Origin: Alphaproteobacteria bacterium
GTDB lineage: Bacteria; Pseudomonadota; Alphaproteobacteria; SHVV01
Reading direction: 5' to 3'
DNA: 64,000 nt
NCBI GenBank assembly: GCA_965261735.1
Contig: OZ253470.1
Location: 3,040,001-3,104,000 of the forward strand
Shown: piece by piece, positions 20,660 to 31,410 of the stretch
How the letters are laid out: each line of letters opens with the position of its first letter
How positions within the stretch are numbered: the stretch's first letter is position 1
Made by a program: the position numbers and the translations under genes
Notes under the pieces: generated by a model
What the model was told of the DNA's origin: nothing
Databases searched by the model: none
The model's input: the letters and a program-made list of their open reading frames with translations, nothing else

Positions 20660-21886
20660 CTATAGGCTCGCAAAGTCGATCGGCCGATGGCGGTCGAGCG
20701 TGCGCCCTCCCGGCGGCAACGGATATTTAAGGCCGGTGCCGCAGTTGAACAGAATTGCGCGCTCGCTCGCGCCGACGCGGCCGTCGGCCAGGGCCTGCTT
20801 GTAAGCGGCGTAGGTGGCCGCGCCTTCGGGGCACAGCAGGAGTCCCTCTGCGTGCCCGACCTCGTCGCGCGCCGCGACGATGTCGTCGTCATCGACGGCC
20901 ACGGCGAAGCCGCCGCTCTCCCTGAGCGCGCGCAGGATGAGGAAGTCGCCGATCGCCGCCGGCACCCGGATGCCCGCCGCCACGGTGGCCGCGTTGGACC
21001 ACGGCTCGGCGTGCTCGGCCCCGGCCTCGAACGCGCGCACGATGGGCGCGCATCCGCTCGCCTGCACCGCCACCATGCGCGGCCGGTGGCCGTCGATCCA
21101 GCCGATCTCCTCGAGCTCCGCGAATGCCTTCCACATGCCGATCAGCCCGGTGCCGCCACCGGTGGGGTAGAAGATCACGTCGGGCAGTCGCCAGCCGAGC
21201 TGCTCGGCGAGCTCCAGCCCCATCGTCTTCTTGCCCTCGATGCGATAGGGCTCCTTGAGGGTCGAGGTATCGAACCAGCCCCTCTCGGCGGCCCCCGCGG
21301 CGACGACGGCGCCGCAGTCGTTGATGAGTCCATTCACGCGAAAGACGCGCGCGCCGAGCAGGGCGATCTCGCCGAGCATCACCTCAGGCGTGTCTTCGGG
21401 GCAAAAGACGTAGCTCTCCATGCCGGCGCGGCTGCAATAGGCGGCGAGCGCGGCGCCCGCGTTGCCATTGCTCGGCATCGCCATGGTACGCACACCCAGC
21501 TCCTTGGCCATCGACACGGCCACCGCAAGGCCGCGGGCCTTGAACGAGCCGGTCGGAAGGCGTCCCTCGTCCTTGAAGAGTATGTCGCCGCCGACCTGAA
21601 GCGCCCGCGCGCAGGAGGGCGCCGCTACCAGGGGAGTCATCGTTTCGCCGAGCGAGATGATGTTGGCGGCGCGGCGGATGGGCAAGAACTCACGGTAGCG
21701 CCACATATCCGGCGCGCGGGTGGTGAGGTCGTCCCGCGTCACGGAACGAGCGAGGCCCGCGAGATCGTAGCGCACGATCAGCGGCCAACCCTCCGGCGAC
21801 AGGTTGTGCAAGGCGTCGCACGCCACCCTTACCGCGGTCTTCGAGCACTCGAGGTGGGTCGCGAAGGTTGGGATTTCAGAGCTCAA
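20660..21886 (-). CDS. thrC: Threonine synthase-like PLP enzyme
   Basis: PTGSFKARG, SNGNAG, EGKKTMG and YPTGGGTG motifs. Confidence 0.85.
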   Translation of the reverse strand: MSSEIPTFATHLECSKTAVRVACDALHNLSPEGWPLIVRYDLAGLARSVTRDDLTTRAPDMWRYREFLPIRRAANIISLGETMTPLVAAPSCARALQVGGDILFKDEGRLPTGSFKARGLAVAVSMAKELGVRTMAMPSNGNAGAALAAYCSRAGMESYVFCPEDTPEVMLGEIALLGARVFRVNGLINDCGAVVAAGAAERGWFDTSTLKEPYRIEGKKTMGLELAEQLGWRLPDVIFYPTGGGTGLIGMWKAFAELEEIGWIDGHRPRMVAVQASGCAPIVRAFEAGAEHAEPWSNAATVAAGIRVPAAIGDFLILRALRESGGFAVAVDDDDIVAARDEVGHAEGLLLCPEGAATYAAYKQALADGRVGASERAILFNCGTGLKYPLPPGGRTLDRHRPIDFASL

Positions 21887-21904
21887 TCTCGGGGCCGGCG
21901 AGGG

Positions 21905-22675
21905 CTAGGGCGCGAATTGCTCGTTGAGGATGCGCTCCTCGAGATTGTGCTCGGGGTCGAAGAGTAGGCATAGATCATGAGTGCGATCCTCCCGTACCTC
22001 GATACGGGTAACGCCGCGCACCTCGGTATGGTCGGCGACGGCGCTGACCGGCCTCTTCTTGGGCTCCAGGATGTCGAACCGGACCTGGGCGCCGCTCGGC
22101 AGCAGCGCGCCGCGCCAGTGCCGCGGGCGGAACTCGCTGATCGGAGTCAGCGCCAGCAGCTCGACGCCGAGCGGAATGATCGGGCCGTGAACCGACAGGT
22201 TGTAGGCCGTGCTCCCGGCCGCCGTCGAGACCAGCACGCCGTCGCAGATCAGCTCGGGCAGGCGGACGATGCCATCGACCGAAACACGAATCTTGGCCGC
22301 CTGCCGGGCCTCGCGCAGCAGCGATACCTCGTTGATGGCGAGCGCCTCGCGGCGTCGCCCCGATGCCTGTACCGCGCGCATGTGAAGGGGGTGCAGCCGC
22401 ACGCGCTCGGCCGCTTCGAGCCGCTTCAACAGGTCCTCCTCGCCGTACACGTTCATGAGGAAGCCCACGGTGCCGACCTTCATGCCGAAGATAGCGACGT
22501 CTCGGTTCATGAAGCGGTGCAGGGTGTGCAGCATGAAGCCGTCGCCGCCGAGTGCGACGATGGTGTCGGCGGCCGCGGGCGGGGTGCTCGGATAGCGTGC
22601 CTTGAGGCGGCGCAGCGCCGCCCTGGACGCCGCTGAATCGCGATCTGCGACGAACGCCGCCCTCAACCCAGCCAT
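21905..22675 (-). CDS. nadK: NAD kinase
   Basis: [28 protein letters not shown] motifs. Confidence 0.93.
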   Translation of the reverse strand: MAGLRAAFVADRDSAASRAALRRLKARYPSTPPAAADTIVALGGDGFMLHTLHRFMNRDVAIFGMKVGTVGFLMNVYGEEDLLKRLEAAERVRLHPLHMRAVQASGRRREALAINEVSLLREARQAAKIRVSVDGIVRLPELICDGVLVSTAAGSTAYNLSVHGPIIPLGVELLALTPISEFRPRHWRGALLPSGAQVRFDILEPKKRPVSAVADHTEVRGVTRIEVREDRTHDLCLLFDPEHNLEERILNEQFAP

Positions 22676-22798
22676 ACCGAATAGCCCAACCGCCCCCCGC
22701 CGTGCGGCCCGAGTATAGCGTCGCGCGCCGCCCCGGCAACCGCGCAACGTCCCCGCATGCTTGTGGCCGCGATGGCTGGTGCGGCCTGTGGGCAGGCC

Positions 22799-23788
22799 TT
22801 AGCCGCCGGTCAGGCTCATGTGCCGCGCGAGCGCGGGCTCGTGGTGGCGCCGGTCGATGATGAAGTCGTGGCCCTTGGGCTTGTGCGAAATCGCCGTATC
22901 GATCGCGGCATGCAGTAGCTCGTCGCTGCGGCTGGCCCGCAGCGCCGCACGCAGATCGGCCGAATCGTTTTGCCCCAGGCACATGTAAAGCGTGCCGGTG
23001 CAGGTCAGGCGCACGCGGTTGCACGATTCGCAGAAATTGTGGGTGAGCGGGGTGATGAAACCGAGGCGCCGACCGGTTTCCTCGATCCGGGCGTAGCGCG
23101 CCGGCCCGCCGCTACGATAGTCGATGTCGGTGAGCGTCCAGCGTTCGCCGATGCGCGCGCGCGCCAGCGATAGCGGGAGAAACTGGTCGACCCGCCGCAC
23201 GTCGACATCGCCGAGGGGCATGACCTCGATCAGGGTCAGGTCGAAGCCGCGCTCGCCGCACCAGGCGATGAGGGTATCGAATTCGTCCTCGTTGACGCCC
23301 TTGAGGGCGACGGTGTTGATCTTGACCTCGAGCCCGGCGGCGGTCGCGGCGTCGATGCCCTCGAGCACGCGGTCGAGTTGGCCCCAGCGAGTCACGGCGG
23401 CGAAACGGCGCGCGTCCAGGGTATCGAGGGAGACGTTGACCCGGCGCACGCCGCAGTCGGCGAGGTCGGATGCATACTTGGCGAGCCGGCTACCGTTGGT
23501 GGTCAGCGTGAGCTCGTCGAGGCCGCCGCGGTCGAGGTGGCGCGACAGGCTGCGGAACAAGGCCATGATGTCGCGTCTCACCAGCGGTTCGCCGCCGGTC
23601 AGGCGTAACTTGCGCACGCCCTTGTCGATAAAGGCGCTGCACAGGCGATCGAGCTCTTCGAGGCTGAGCAGCTCGGCCTTGGGCAGGAAGGTCATCTCCT
23701 CGGCCATGCAATACTGGCAGCGGAAGTCGCAGCGGTCTGTCACCGAGACCCGCAGGTAGGTGATGGGGCGCCCGTAGGGGTCGATCAT
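22799..23788 (-). CDS. moaA: GTP 3',8-cyclase MoaA
   Basis: CDFRCQYC radical-SAM motif, [10 protein letters not shown]-terminal MSLTGG. Confidence 0.96.
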   Translation of the reverse strand: MIDPYGRPITYLRVSVTDRCDFRCQYCMAEEMTFLPKAELLSLEELDRLCSAFIDKGVRKLRLTGGEPLVRRDIMALFRSLSRHLDRGGLDELTLTTNGSRLAKYASDLADCGVRRVNVSLDTLDARRFAAVTRWGQLDRVLEGIDAATAAGLEVKINTVALKGVNEDEFDTLIAWCGERGFDLTLIEVMPLGDVDVRRVDQFLPLSLARARIGERWTLTDIDYRSGGPARYARIEETGRRLGFITPLTHNFCESCNRVRLTCTGTLYMCLGQNDSADLRAALRASRSDELLHAAIDTAISHKPKGHDFIIDRRHHEPALARHMSLTGG

Positions 23789-23831
23789 TGAAGGGCCTGG
23801 ATCTCCCGCGTCGGCGCAGGGCCGAGTAAAG

Positions 23832-23855
23832 TGTTATATTTAGAGGGATATAACA
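23832..23855. promoter_or_regulatory. ModE-type operator
   Basis: Perfect palindrome TGTTATAT-N8-ATATAACA between divergent moaA and fdhD. Confidence 0.75.
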
Positions 23856-23919
23856 AAAGTCAAACACGAATTCGACGCCGGGCTTGGCGGAGGCGCCGAC
23901 GGGGCGCATAGTTCGAGCC

Positions 23920-24801
23920 ATGCGCGAGTTTTTGGTCAAACCCGATCCGGCGGATCCGCGCCTCACGCGCCGCCTCGAGGGCCGCGACCAGGAGGGCCGG
24001 CCGGTGACCGCGGCGGTGCCCGTCGAGCGACCGCTGACGCTCTTTCTCAACAGCCGCGAGATCGTCACGATGATGACGATCGGCGACTATCCGGGCTACC
24101 TCGCGATCGGCTACCTGCTCAACCAGAACATGCTCGGCGACGACGACGAGATCACGGCCATCGACTATGACGAGGAGACGGAAACGGTCGTCGTGCGGAC
24201 CGCCATCGAAACCGATTTCGAGGACAAGCTCAAGAAGAAGACGCTGACCTCGGGTTGCGCCCAGGGCACGGTGTTCGGCGACGTGATGGAGAGCTTCGAG
24301 GCGGTCAAGCTGCCGGCCGATGCGGTGGTGAGGACGTCGTGGCTGTACGCGCTAGCGAAAAAGATCAACACGACGCCGAGCCTCTACCTCGAGGCCGGGG
24401 CCATTCACGGCTGTGTCCTGTGCGAGGCCGACCGCCCCCTGCTCTACATGGAGGACGTGGGTCGCCACAACGCCGTCGACAAGATTGCCGGCTACATGTA
24501 CCTGAACGCCATCGCGCCCGAGGGCAAGCTCTTCTACACGACCGGCCGTTTGACGAGCGAGATGGTCATCAAGTGCGTGCAGATGCGGCTGCCCATCGTC
24601 ATCTCGCGTTCGGGCTTTACCGCGTGGGGCGTGGAGCTCGCCCGCCAGGCCGGCCTCACGCTGATCGGCCGCGCCAAAGGCCGGCGCTTCGTCGCACTGT
24701 CGGGGGCCGAGCGCATTGTCTACGACGCGGCGCCCGCCGAGGTCGCGGAGGAGGGCGCCCATCTTCAGCGCAAGGCAAGCCGCGAGGACGATGCCGCCTG
24801 A
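23920..24801 (+). CDS. fdhD: Formate dehydrogenase accessory sulfurtransferase
   Basis: TSGCAQG, GAIHGC, EDVGRHNAVDK and TTGRLTSEMVIK motifs. Confidence 0.93.
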   Translation: MREFLVKPDPADPRLTRRLEGRDQEGRPVTAAVPVERPLTLFLNSREIVTMMTIGDYPGYLAIGYLLNQNMLGDDDEITAIDYDEETETVVVRTAIETDFEDKLKKKTLTSGCAQGTVFGDVMESFEAVKLPADAVVRTSWLYALAKKINTTPSLYLEAGAIHGCVLCEADRPLLYMEDVGRHNAVDKIAGYMYLNAIAPEGKLFYTTGRLTSEMVIKCVQMRLPIVISRSGFTAWGVELARQAGLTLIGRAKGRRFVALSGAERIVYDAAPAEVAEEGAHLQRKASREDDAA

Positions 24802-25405
24802 GGGCGCTGTTGTCGGCGTCCTGCTCGCGGGCGGCCGGTCGCGCCGGATGGGGGGCGGCGACAAGTGCCTGCGAAGGCTCGGCGGAGAGACGCTTCTCGC
24901 CCGTGTCATCGCCCGCGCCCGGCCGCAGGTCGCCACCCTGGTACTCAACGCCAACGGCGATCCCGCCCGTTTCGCCGAATACGGGCTGCCGGTGGTACCC
25001 GACGCACTCGCCGGCTTCGCAGGCCCGCTCGCCGGCGTCCTGACCGGCATGGAATGGGGCCGCCTCAATCGCCCGGACGCGCACTGGATCGCAACCTTTG
25101 CCACCGACGCGCCTTTCCTGCCCGAAGACTTGGTGGCACGCCTGCGCGACAGCGCGGAGGCCGCCGGCGCAGACCTCGCGTGCGCGTCGTCCGGGGATCG
25201 GGCGCACCCGGTATTTGGGCTGTGGCCGGTACGCCTCGCCGAGGCGCTACGCAAAGCCATGACCGATGAGGGGATGCGCAAGATCGATGCCTGGACCGCG
25301 CGCTATCGCATTGTCTGCGTCGACTATCCGATCACCCCCGTCGACCCCTTCTTCAATGCCAACGAGCCCGGGGACCTGATCGCCGCGGAACGCGCGCTCG
25401 GCTAG
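24791..25405 (+). CDS. mobA: Molybdenum cofactor guanylyltransferase
   Basis: LAGGRSRRMGGGDK, GPLAG, DAPFLP and FFNANEP motifs. Confidence 0.93.
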   Translation: MPPEGAVVGVLLAGGRSRRMGGGDKCLRRLGGETLLARVIARARPQVATLVLNANGDPARFAEYGLPVVPDALAGFAGPLAGVLTGMEWGRLNRPDAHWIATFATDAPFLPEDLVARLRDSAEAAGADLACASSGDRAHPVFGLWPVRLAEALRKAMTDEGMRKIDAWTARYRIVCVDYPITPVDPFFNANEPGDLIAAERALG

Positions 25406-25442
25406 CGCGCGGCCTTGACAGCCCGGGCGCGGTGGCGGCTTG

Positions 25443-25835
25443 ATGGGCCAAAGCGCGGGGATCGTCATGCCGCAGGCGCGACCAAAACGCCGGCGCGAGG
25501 CGCCGCAGATCCGCATCCTGCTGGGTTCGGCCACGACAATGGGACCGGGCAAGGTCGGGTTGATCGAGGCGATCGCCCGCGCGGGGTCGATCTCCGCGGC
25601 GGCGCGCGAGCTCGGCATGTCCTACCGCCGCGCCTGGGTGCTGGTCGACAGCCTCAATCAGCATGCCCGTGAGCCGGTGGTGATCACGGCGACCGGGGGC
25701 CGCGGCGGCGGCGGCGCCCGAGTGACGCGGTTCGGTGAAGAGGTGCTCAGGCGCTACCGGGCGATCGAAGCGAAAGCCACCGCCAGCGTGCACGCCGAGC
25801 TCAAGGAGTTCTCGCGGTTCCTCGGGGTCCCCTAG
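25443..25835 (+). CDS. modE: Short ModE-family regulator (wHTH only)
   Basis: MGPGK..L...I...GSISAAARELGMSYRRAW and GGRGGGGA; no TOBE domains; start uncertain. Confidence 0.85.
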   Translation: MGQSAGIVMPQARPKRRREAPQIRILLGSATTMGPGKVGLIEAIARAGSISAAARELGMSYRRAWVLVDSLNQHAREPVVITATGGRGGGGARVTRFGEEVLRRYRAIEAKATASVHAELKEFSRFLGVP

Positions 25836-25839
25836 CTAG

Positions 25840-25868
25840 GTAGGGGCAGGTTTCAAACCCGCCTCTGC
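25840..25868. repeat. GTAG-type REP-like palindrome
   Basis: GTAGGGGCAGGTTT-C-AAACCCGCCTCTGC between convergent genes. Confidence 0.55.
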
Positions 25869-25877
25869 GGGCGCGCC

Positions 25878-28619
25878 CTAGATCGCGGCCGCCTTTTCCA
25901 CCTTGACCGCGCAGTACTTGAACTCGGGGATCTTGCCGAAGGGATCGAGCGCGGGATTGGTAAGCAGGTTGGCGGCCGCCTCGACGTAACAGAAGGGCAG
26001 GAACACCATGCCCTCGGGCACACCGGAATCGAGCAGCGCGGCGAGTTCGATGGTGCCGCGCCGGCTCGCGACGCGCACCTGCCCGCCGGGCTCGACGCCG
26101 AGCCGCGCAAGGTCGCCCGGCGCCAAGTGGGCGACCGCGTCGGGCTCGAGGGCATCGAGCGTGCTGGCGCGCCGGGTCATGGCACCGGTATGCCAGTGTT
26201 CGAGGATGCGCCCCGTGGTGAGCACCATCGGGAAGTCGTCGTCGGGGCGCTCGTCCGGCGCGATGATCCCGGCGGGCACGAACTTGCCGCGCCGCGACGG
26301 CGTCGGGAAGCCGTCGCCGAATATGACCTCCTGGCCGGGATCCTCATCGGAGTCGCAGGGGTAGGTGACCGCATCCTCGCGCTCGAGCCGGGCCCAGCTG
26401 ATGCCCTTGATCGACTCCATGCACTGGCGCATTTCCGCGAACACGTCGCTCGCATGCGCGTAGTCCCAGTCGAGCCCGATACGCCGCGCTATTTCCTGGA
26501 TGATCCACAGGTCCTGGCGGGCGTCGCCCGGCAGCTCCAGCGCCGTCCGCCCGATCTGCACCTGGCGGTTGGTGTTGGTCACCGTGCCATCCTTTTCCGG
26601 CCATGCCGAGGCCGGCAACACCACGTCGGCGAACGCCGCCGTTTCGGTGAGGAACAGGTCCTGGACGACGAGATGTTCGAGCCGCGCCAGCGCCTCGCGG
26701 GCGTGGCCGACGTTGGGGTCCGACATCGCCGGGTTCTCGCCCATGATGTAGAAGCCCTTGATCCGGCCCTCGAAGGCGGCGTCCGTGATCTCGACCACCG
26801 TGAGGCCCTCATCGGGGTCGAGCGGGGTGCCCCAGAACGCCTCGAACTTGGCGCGCACGCCTGCATCGGTCACCGACTGGTAGTCGGGGTAAAACATGGG
26901 GATGAGACCGACGTCGGAAGCTCCCTGGACGTTGTTCTGGCCGCGCAGCGGATGCAGCCCCGTTCCTGGCCGACCGACGTGGCCGCACATGAGGGCGAGA
27001 GAGATCAGGCAGCGGGCATTGTCGGTGCCGTAGATGTGCTGCGAGATGCCCATGCCCCAAAAGATGATGGCGGCATCGGCGGTCGCGTACTTGCGCGCGA
27101 TCGCACGCAGCGTATCGGCGTCGATACCGCACAGCGGGGCCATGGCTTCGGGTGCATAGGCCTCGAGGTGCCGGCGCAGGGCGTCGAACCCCTCCGTGAA
27201 GCCAGCAACGTAGTTGCTGTCGTACAGTTCCTCGGTGACGATGACGTGCATGAGGGCGTTGAGCAGGGCGACGTCGGTCCCGGGGTTGAACTGCAGCATG
27301 TGGGTGGCGTGGCGCGCCAGCGCCTGCCCGCGCGGATCGACGACGATGAGTTCGGCGCCTTCCTTGACCGCATTCTTGAAGAAGGTGGCCGCGACCGGGT
27401 GGTTGACCGCCGGATTGGCGCCGATCACCACGATCACGTCGGCGTTGGCGCACTCGGCGAACGGGGCGGTGACCGCGCCCGAGCCGATCGTTTCCATCAG
27501 CGCCGCTACCGAGGACGCGTGACACAGCCGCGTGCAGTGATCGACATTGTTGGTGCCGAAGCCGGTGCGCACCAGCTTCTGAAACAGATAGGCCTCCTCG
27601 TTGGACCCTTTGGCCGAGCCGAAGCCGGCGAGCGCCGAAGGGCCGTCGCGCTCGCGCACGCGGCGCAGGCCGGCAGCGGCGACCTCCAGCGCTTCATCCC
27701 AGCTCGCCTCGCGGAAATGGGTGAGCGGGTTGGCCGGGTCGATCTCGAGGGAAACGCTCTTTGGGGCATCGGCCTTGCGGATCAATGGCTTGGACAGGCG
27801 GTGCGGGTGCTTCACGTAGTCGAAGCCGAATCGGCCCTTGACGCAGAGCCGCCCGAGATTGGCCGGGCCTTCGCGGCCGGTAACGTAAAGGAGCTCGTTG
27901 TCCTTGACGTGGTAGGTGAGCTGGCACCCGACCCCGCAATAGGGGCAGACGCTGTCGACCCGTTTGTCGGGCGTGACCGTGGCGAGCCCGCCCCCCGGCA
28001 TCAGCGCGCCGGTGGGGCACGCCTGCACGCATTCGCCGCATGCCACGCACGTGCTCTCGCCCATCGGGTCGTCGAAGTCGAACACGATCTTGGCGTGGGC
28101 GCCGCGCCCGGCCATGCCGATGACGTCGTTGACCTGGACGTCGCGGCACGCGCGCACGCAGAGATTGCAGTGGATGCAGGCCTCCAGATTGACGGCCATG
28201 GCGGGGTGGCTGAGGTCTGCCGCCACGGTATCGCGCGCCGGAAACCGGCTCTCCCGCTGCCCCATCGCGTCCGCCCACTGCCACAGCGATGAGCTCGGAT
28301 CGGGGCTCGCATCGCGCGCCGGCAGATCGGCGAGTAGGAGCTCCATGACCAGCCGGCGCGCCGTCGTCGCGCGCTCGCTCGCCGTGGTCACGACCATGCC
28401 CGGGGTCGGCTTGCGAATGCACGACGCGGCGAGCACTCGTTCGCCCTCGATCTCCACCATGCACGCCCGGCAATTGCCGTCGGCGCGGTAGGTCGCGGCG
28501 GTCGACCAGCACAGGTGCGGAATCACGGTGCCGCCGCGCCTCGCCACCTGCCAGATCGACTCCCCGTCTTGCGCGGTGACCTCGGCACCGTCGAGGACGA
28601 ACGTGACGTCGTCGCTCAC
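25878..28619 (-). CDS. NAD-dependent formate dehydrogenase alpha subunit (Mo/W-bisPGD, Cys ligand)
   Basis: N-terminal 2Fe-2S and two 4Fe-4S motifs, CPYCGVGC, HCTRLCH, PLRGQNNVQG; GTG start overlaps the beta-subunit stop. Confidence 0.93.
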   Translation of the reverse strand: MSDDVTFVLDGAEVTAQDGESIWQVARRGGTVIPHLCWSTAATYRADGNCRACMVEIEGERVLAASCIRKPTPGMVVTTASERATTARRLVMELLLADLPARDASPDPSSSLWQWADAMGQRESRFPARDTVAADLSHPAMAVNLEACIHCNLCVRACRDVQVNDVIGMAGRGAHAKIVFDFDDPMGESTCVACGECVQACPTGALMPGGGLATVTPDKRVDSVCPYCGVGCQLTYHVKDNELLYVTGREGPANLGRLCVKGRFGFDYVKHPHRLSKPLIRKADAPKSVSLEIDPANPLTHFREASWDEALEVAAAGLRRVRERDGPSALAGFGSAKGSNEEAYLFQKLVRTGFGTNNVDHCTRLCHASSVAALMETIGSGAVTAPFAECANADVIVVIGANPAVNHPVAATFFKNAVKEGAELIVVDPRGQALARHATHMLQFNPGTDVALLNALMHVIVTEELYDSNYVAGFTEGFDALRRHLEAYAPEAMAPLCGIDADTLRAIARKYATADAAIIFWGMGISQHIYGTDNARCLISLALMCGHVGRPGTGLHPLRGQNNVQGASDVGLIPMFYPDYQSVTDAGVRAKFEAFWGTPLDPDEGLTVVEITDAAFEGRIKGFYIMGENPAMSDPNVGHAREALARLEHLVVQDLFLTETAAFADVVLPASAWPEKDGTVTNTNRQVQIGRTALELPGDARQDLWIIQEIARRIGLDWDYAHASDVFAEMRQCMESIKGISWARLEREDAVTYPCDSDEDPGQEVIFGDGFPTPSRRGKFVPAGIIAPDERPDDDFPMVLTTGRILEHWHTGAMTRRASTLDALEPDAVAHLAPGDLARLGVEPGGQVRVASRRGTIELAALLDSGVPEGMVFLPFCYVEAAANLLTNPALDPFGKIPEFKYCAVKVEKAAAI

Positions 28620-30316
28620 GAAATTTCCTCGGCGAAGTGCCGGATCGTCATGCGCACCGGATTGACGGCCGCCTGACCGAGCCCGCAGATCGACGCATCC
28701 GCCATGACCGTGCACAGCTCTTCCAAGAGGGCCGTATTCCACACCGGCTCGGCCATCAGCTGCACCGCCTTTTCCGAGCCGACCCGGCACGGCGTGCACT
28801 GGCCGCAGCTCTCGTGCGCGAAGAAGCGCAGCAGGTTGCGGGCGGCGGCGGCGACGCTGTCCTTGTCCGATAGCACGATAATGGCGGCCGAGCCGATCAG
28901 GCAGCCATGCTCCTCGAGGGTGCCGAAGTCGAGCGGGATGTCGGCCAGCGATGCCGGCAGAAGGCCACCGGACGCTCCACCCGGCAGATAGGCCGTGAGT
29001 GTCTCGCCCGGTGCCATGCCGCCGCAGTACTCGTCGATCAGTTCGCGCGCGGTGATGCCGGCGGGCGCGAGTTTAACGCCCGGATCGCGCACCCGACCCG
29101 AGACCGAGAAGCTGCGCAGCCCCTTGCGCGCGTTGCGGCCGTGTTGGGTGAAGAAATCGGGACCTTGCTCGACCAGGTCGCGGATCCAGTACAAGGTCTC
29201 CACGTTGTGGATCAGCGTCGGCTGGCCGAACAGGCCGACCTGCGCCGGGTAGGGCGGGCGATGGCGGGGCAGGCCGCGCTTGCCCTCGATGCTTTCGAGC
29301 ATCGCCGATTCCTCGCCGCAGATGTAGGCGCCGGCGCCGCGACGCAGGTGGAGCCGCGCCGGGCTCACGGCTTCGCGCTCGAGTTGCTCGATCTCCCGCG
29401 CCAGGACGAGCCGCAACTCTGGGTATTCGTCCCGCAAATAGATGTAAACGTCGTCGGCCTCGACAGCCCAGGCCGCAATGAGGGTGCCCTCGAGGAACCT
29501 ATGCGGGTCGCGCTCGAGGTAGTAGCGGTCCTTGAAGGTGCCGGGCTCGCCCTCGTCGGCGTTGACGGCGAGCAGCCGTGGCGCCGGCTCGGCACGCACG
29601 AACTCCCACTTGCGAGCCGCCGGGAACCCGGCGCCGCCGAGCCCGCGGAGCCCAGCCTCGGCCAGCGCGCCGATAACCTCATCGACGGTGCGGCGCCCAT
29701 CGAGGCAGGCCCCCAACAGCCGGTAGCCGCCGTCTTTTGCGTAGGCATCGAAGGTCCTGTACGCCGGAAGCACCGGCTCGGTCGCGCGGCGCTCGACGTG
29801 GTCGGCAACGCGCGCGACGGTCGCAGCCGTGATGTAGTGGTGGCCGAGCGCGGCCACGGGCGCCGCCTCGCAGCGGCCCACGCACGAGGCGGCTATCACC
29901 CTGATGTCGCCGCCAAAGCGTGAGCCGAGGTCGGACAACAAATCGCGCGCGCCGCCGATCTCGCAGCTGAGGCCGTCGCAGACCCGGATCGTGAGCTCCG
30001 GCGGCGGGGTCTCGCCCTCCTTGACGACGTCGAAATGCGCGTAGAACGTCGCAACCTCATAAACCTCCGCGAGCGCGAGACGCATGTCGGCCGCCAAGGC
30101 CACGAGATGTCGGGCCGACAGGTGACCGTAGTGGTCTTGCAGGAGGTGAAGGTGCTCGATCAGGAGGTCGCGCCGCCGCGGCCGCTCACCGAGCAGGGCC
30201 TGCACCTCGGCGCGCGCCGCGGGGTCGAGCGGGCGACCCCTTTCACGGAACTTGTCGCGGCGCCTCCCGGAGCCGGGATGCCGAGATTTCTTGAGGTCTA
30301 CGCCCGCCGCCGGCAT
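28616..30316 (-). CDS. Formate dehydrogenase beta subunit (NuoE-NuoF fusion)
   Basis: RRDLLIEHLH, CDGLSC, GLRGLGGAGFP, NADEGEPGTFKD, YICGEE and ESCGQCTPCR motifs. Confidence 0.92.
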   Translation of the reverse strand: MPAAGVDLKKSRHPGSGRRRDKFRERGRPLDPAARAEVQALLGERPRRRDLLIEHLHLLQDHYGHLSARHLVALAADMRLALAEVYEVATFYAHFDVVKEGETPPPELTIRVCDGLSCEIGGARDLLSDLGSRFGGDIRVIAASCVGRCEAAPVAALGHHYITAATVARVADHVERRATEPVLPAYRTFDAYAKDGGYRLLGACLDGRRTVDEVIGALAEAGLRGLGGAGFPAARKWEFVRAEPAPRLLAVNADEGEPGTFKDRYYLERDPHRFLEGTLIAAWAVEADDVYIYLRDEYPELRLVLAREIEQLEREAVSPARLHLRRGAGAYICGEESAMLESIEGKRGLPRHRPPYPAQVGLFGQPTLIHNVETLYWIRDLVEQGPDFFTQHGRNARKGLRSFSVSGRVRDPGVKLAPAGITARELIDEYCGGMAPGETLTAYLPGGASGGLLPASLADIPLDFGTLEEHGCLIGSAAIIVLSDKDSVAAAARNLLRFFAHESCGQCTPCRVGSEKAVQLMAEPVWNTALLEELCTVMADASICGLGQAAVNPVRMTIRHFAEEIS

Positions 30317-30384
30317 GCCGTCGCCCTTCAGAGCCCACAACCGCCACGGACTTTCGCAAAATAGAGCAGGCGTGTAAAACCAAT

Positions 30385-31410
30385 CCTGCTTATCCCTGAA
30401 AGTCATCCGGCGATGAGGAGGCGATAGGGCATGGGCTGGTTTCGTGCGGCGCTATGGACGAAACGCGGGATCATTGTCTGGAGTTGATAGCGCCGGTTGT
30501 AGCGCCAGGCGAAGCTGGCGAGATAGCGTCCGGCATGGTCGGGGCCGAGCTTGCGATAAGTCCCGGTGATCGCGCTTTTGATGTTGCCGAGCGTCGTGTT
30601 CACCCATTTGAACGATGCCATGCGGGCCGCCTGGCGGCCCGACCCGGTGCGGATCGCCTGGTGGCTGCAGGCGGCTTCTTCGAGTGCGCTCCAGCAGCCC
30701 AGGCGGTCCGTCACAACCGCCGCGCCGGGGGCCAGCCAGTGCTTGGCGCCGCGCGCGATCTCGCGCTTGCGGAAGCCCTTGACCGGCGCCAGCTTCAGCT
30801 TGCGCGGGCGCCCCTCGGGACTGGTCGAGACCGCCGCCACGAAGGGCGTTTTGCCCGCCGCGCCGCGGCCCCGCTTGCCGCCGGAGCGCACCCCGCCGAG
30901 ATAGGCGTCGTCCATCTCGACCCGCCCCGTAAGCGCCGTCTCCCCCTCGCGCCGCGCCATCACCGCCATGATCTTGTGCTTCACGGCCCAGGCCGTCGGC
31001 TGCTTGACCCCGAGACGGCGGCCGAGTTCCACCGACGAGATGCCGTTCTTCGCCGTCACGATCAGGTGGATGGCGGCAAACCAGACTGTCAGCGGCAGCT
31101 TGGTCGCGTGGAAGATCGTGCCCGCCGTGGGCGATGTCTGCTTCTTGCACCGGTTGCATTGATAGAGACCCCGACCCGCCAACACGCAATGCTCCCGATG
31201 GCCGCAGCAGGGGCAGACGAAGCCGCCCGGCCAGCGCAGCCGGACCAGCGCCGCGCGGCACTGCTCCTTGGTGCCGAAGGCCTCCCGAAACGCCTCGTCG
31301 TTCAGACCACGCACGCGCGATGCAACCTTGAACCCCATAACCGTGACCCCCTCATACAGAACATATTGAGAACATACATCCCCATAGGCGGAGTGTCACG
31401 GATAAGCAGG
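30385..31410 (-). mobile_element. IS1595-family element B, intact; transposase 30403-31338
   Basis: IRs CCTGCTTATCC / GGATAAGCAGG; perfect 8-bp TSD AAACCAAT (30377-30384, 31411-31418); CPCCG..CNRC and VEMDDAYLG. Confidence 0.94.

Noticed and set aside
23789-23919. Moco/Wco riboswitch upstream of moaA
   Set aside because: Region is short and explained by the ModE-type palindrome; no aptamer recognised
27500-27550. Possible selenocysteine in formate dehydrogenase
   Set aside because: Active site reads HCTRLCH in an open frame with no in-frame TGA
30317-30406. N-terminal extension of the FDH beta ORF
   Set aside because: The upstream ATG lies inside the IS1595 end; start reassigned to 30316
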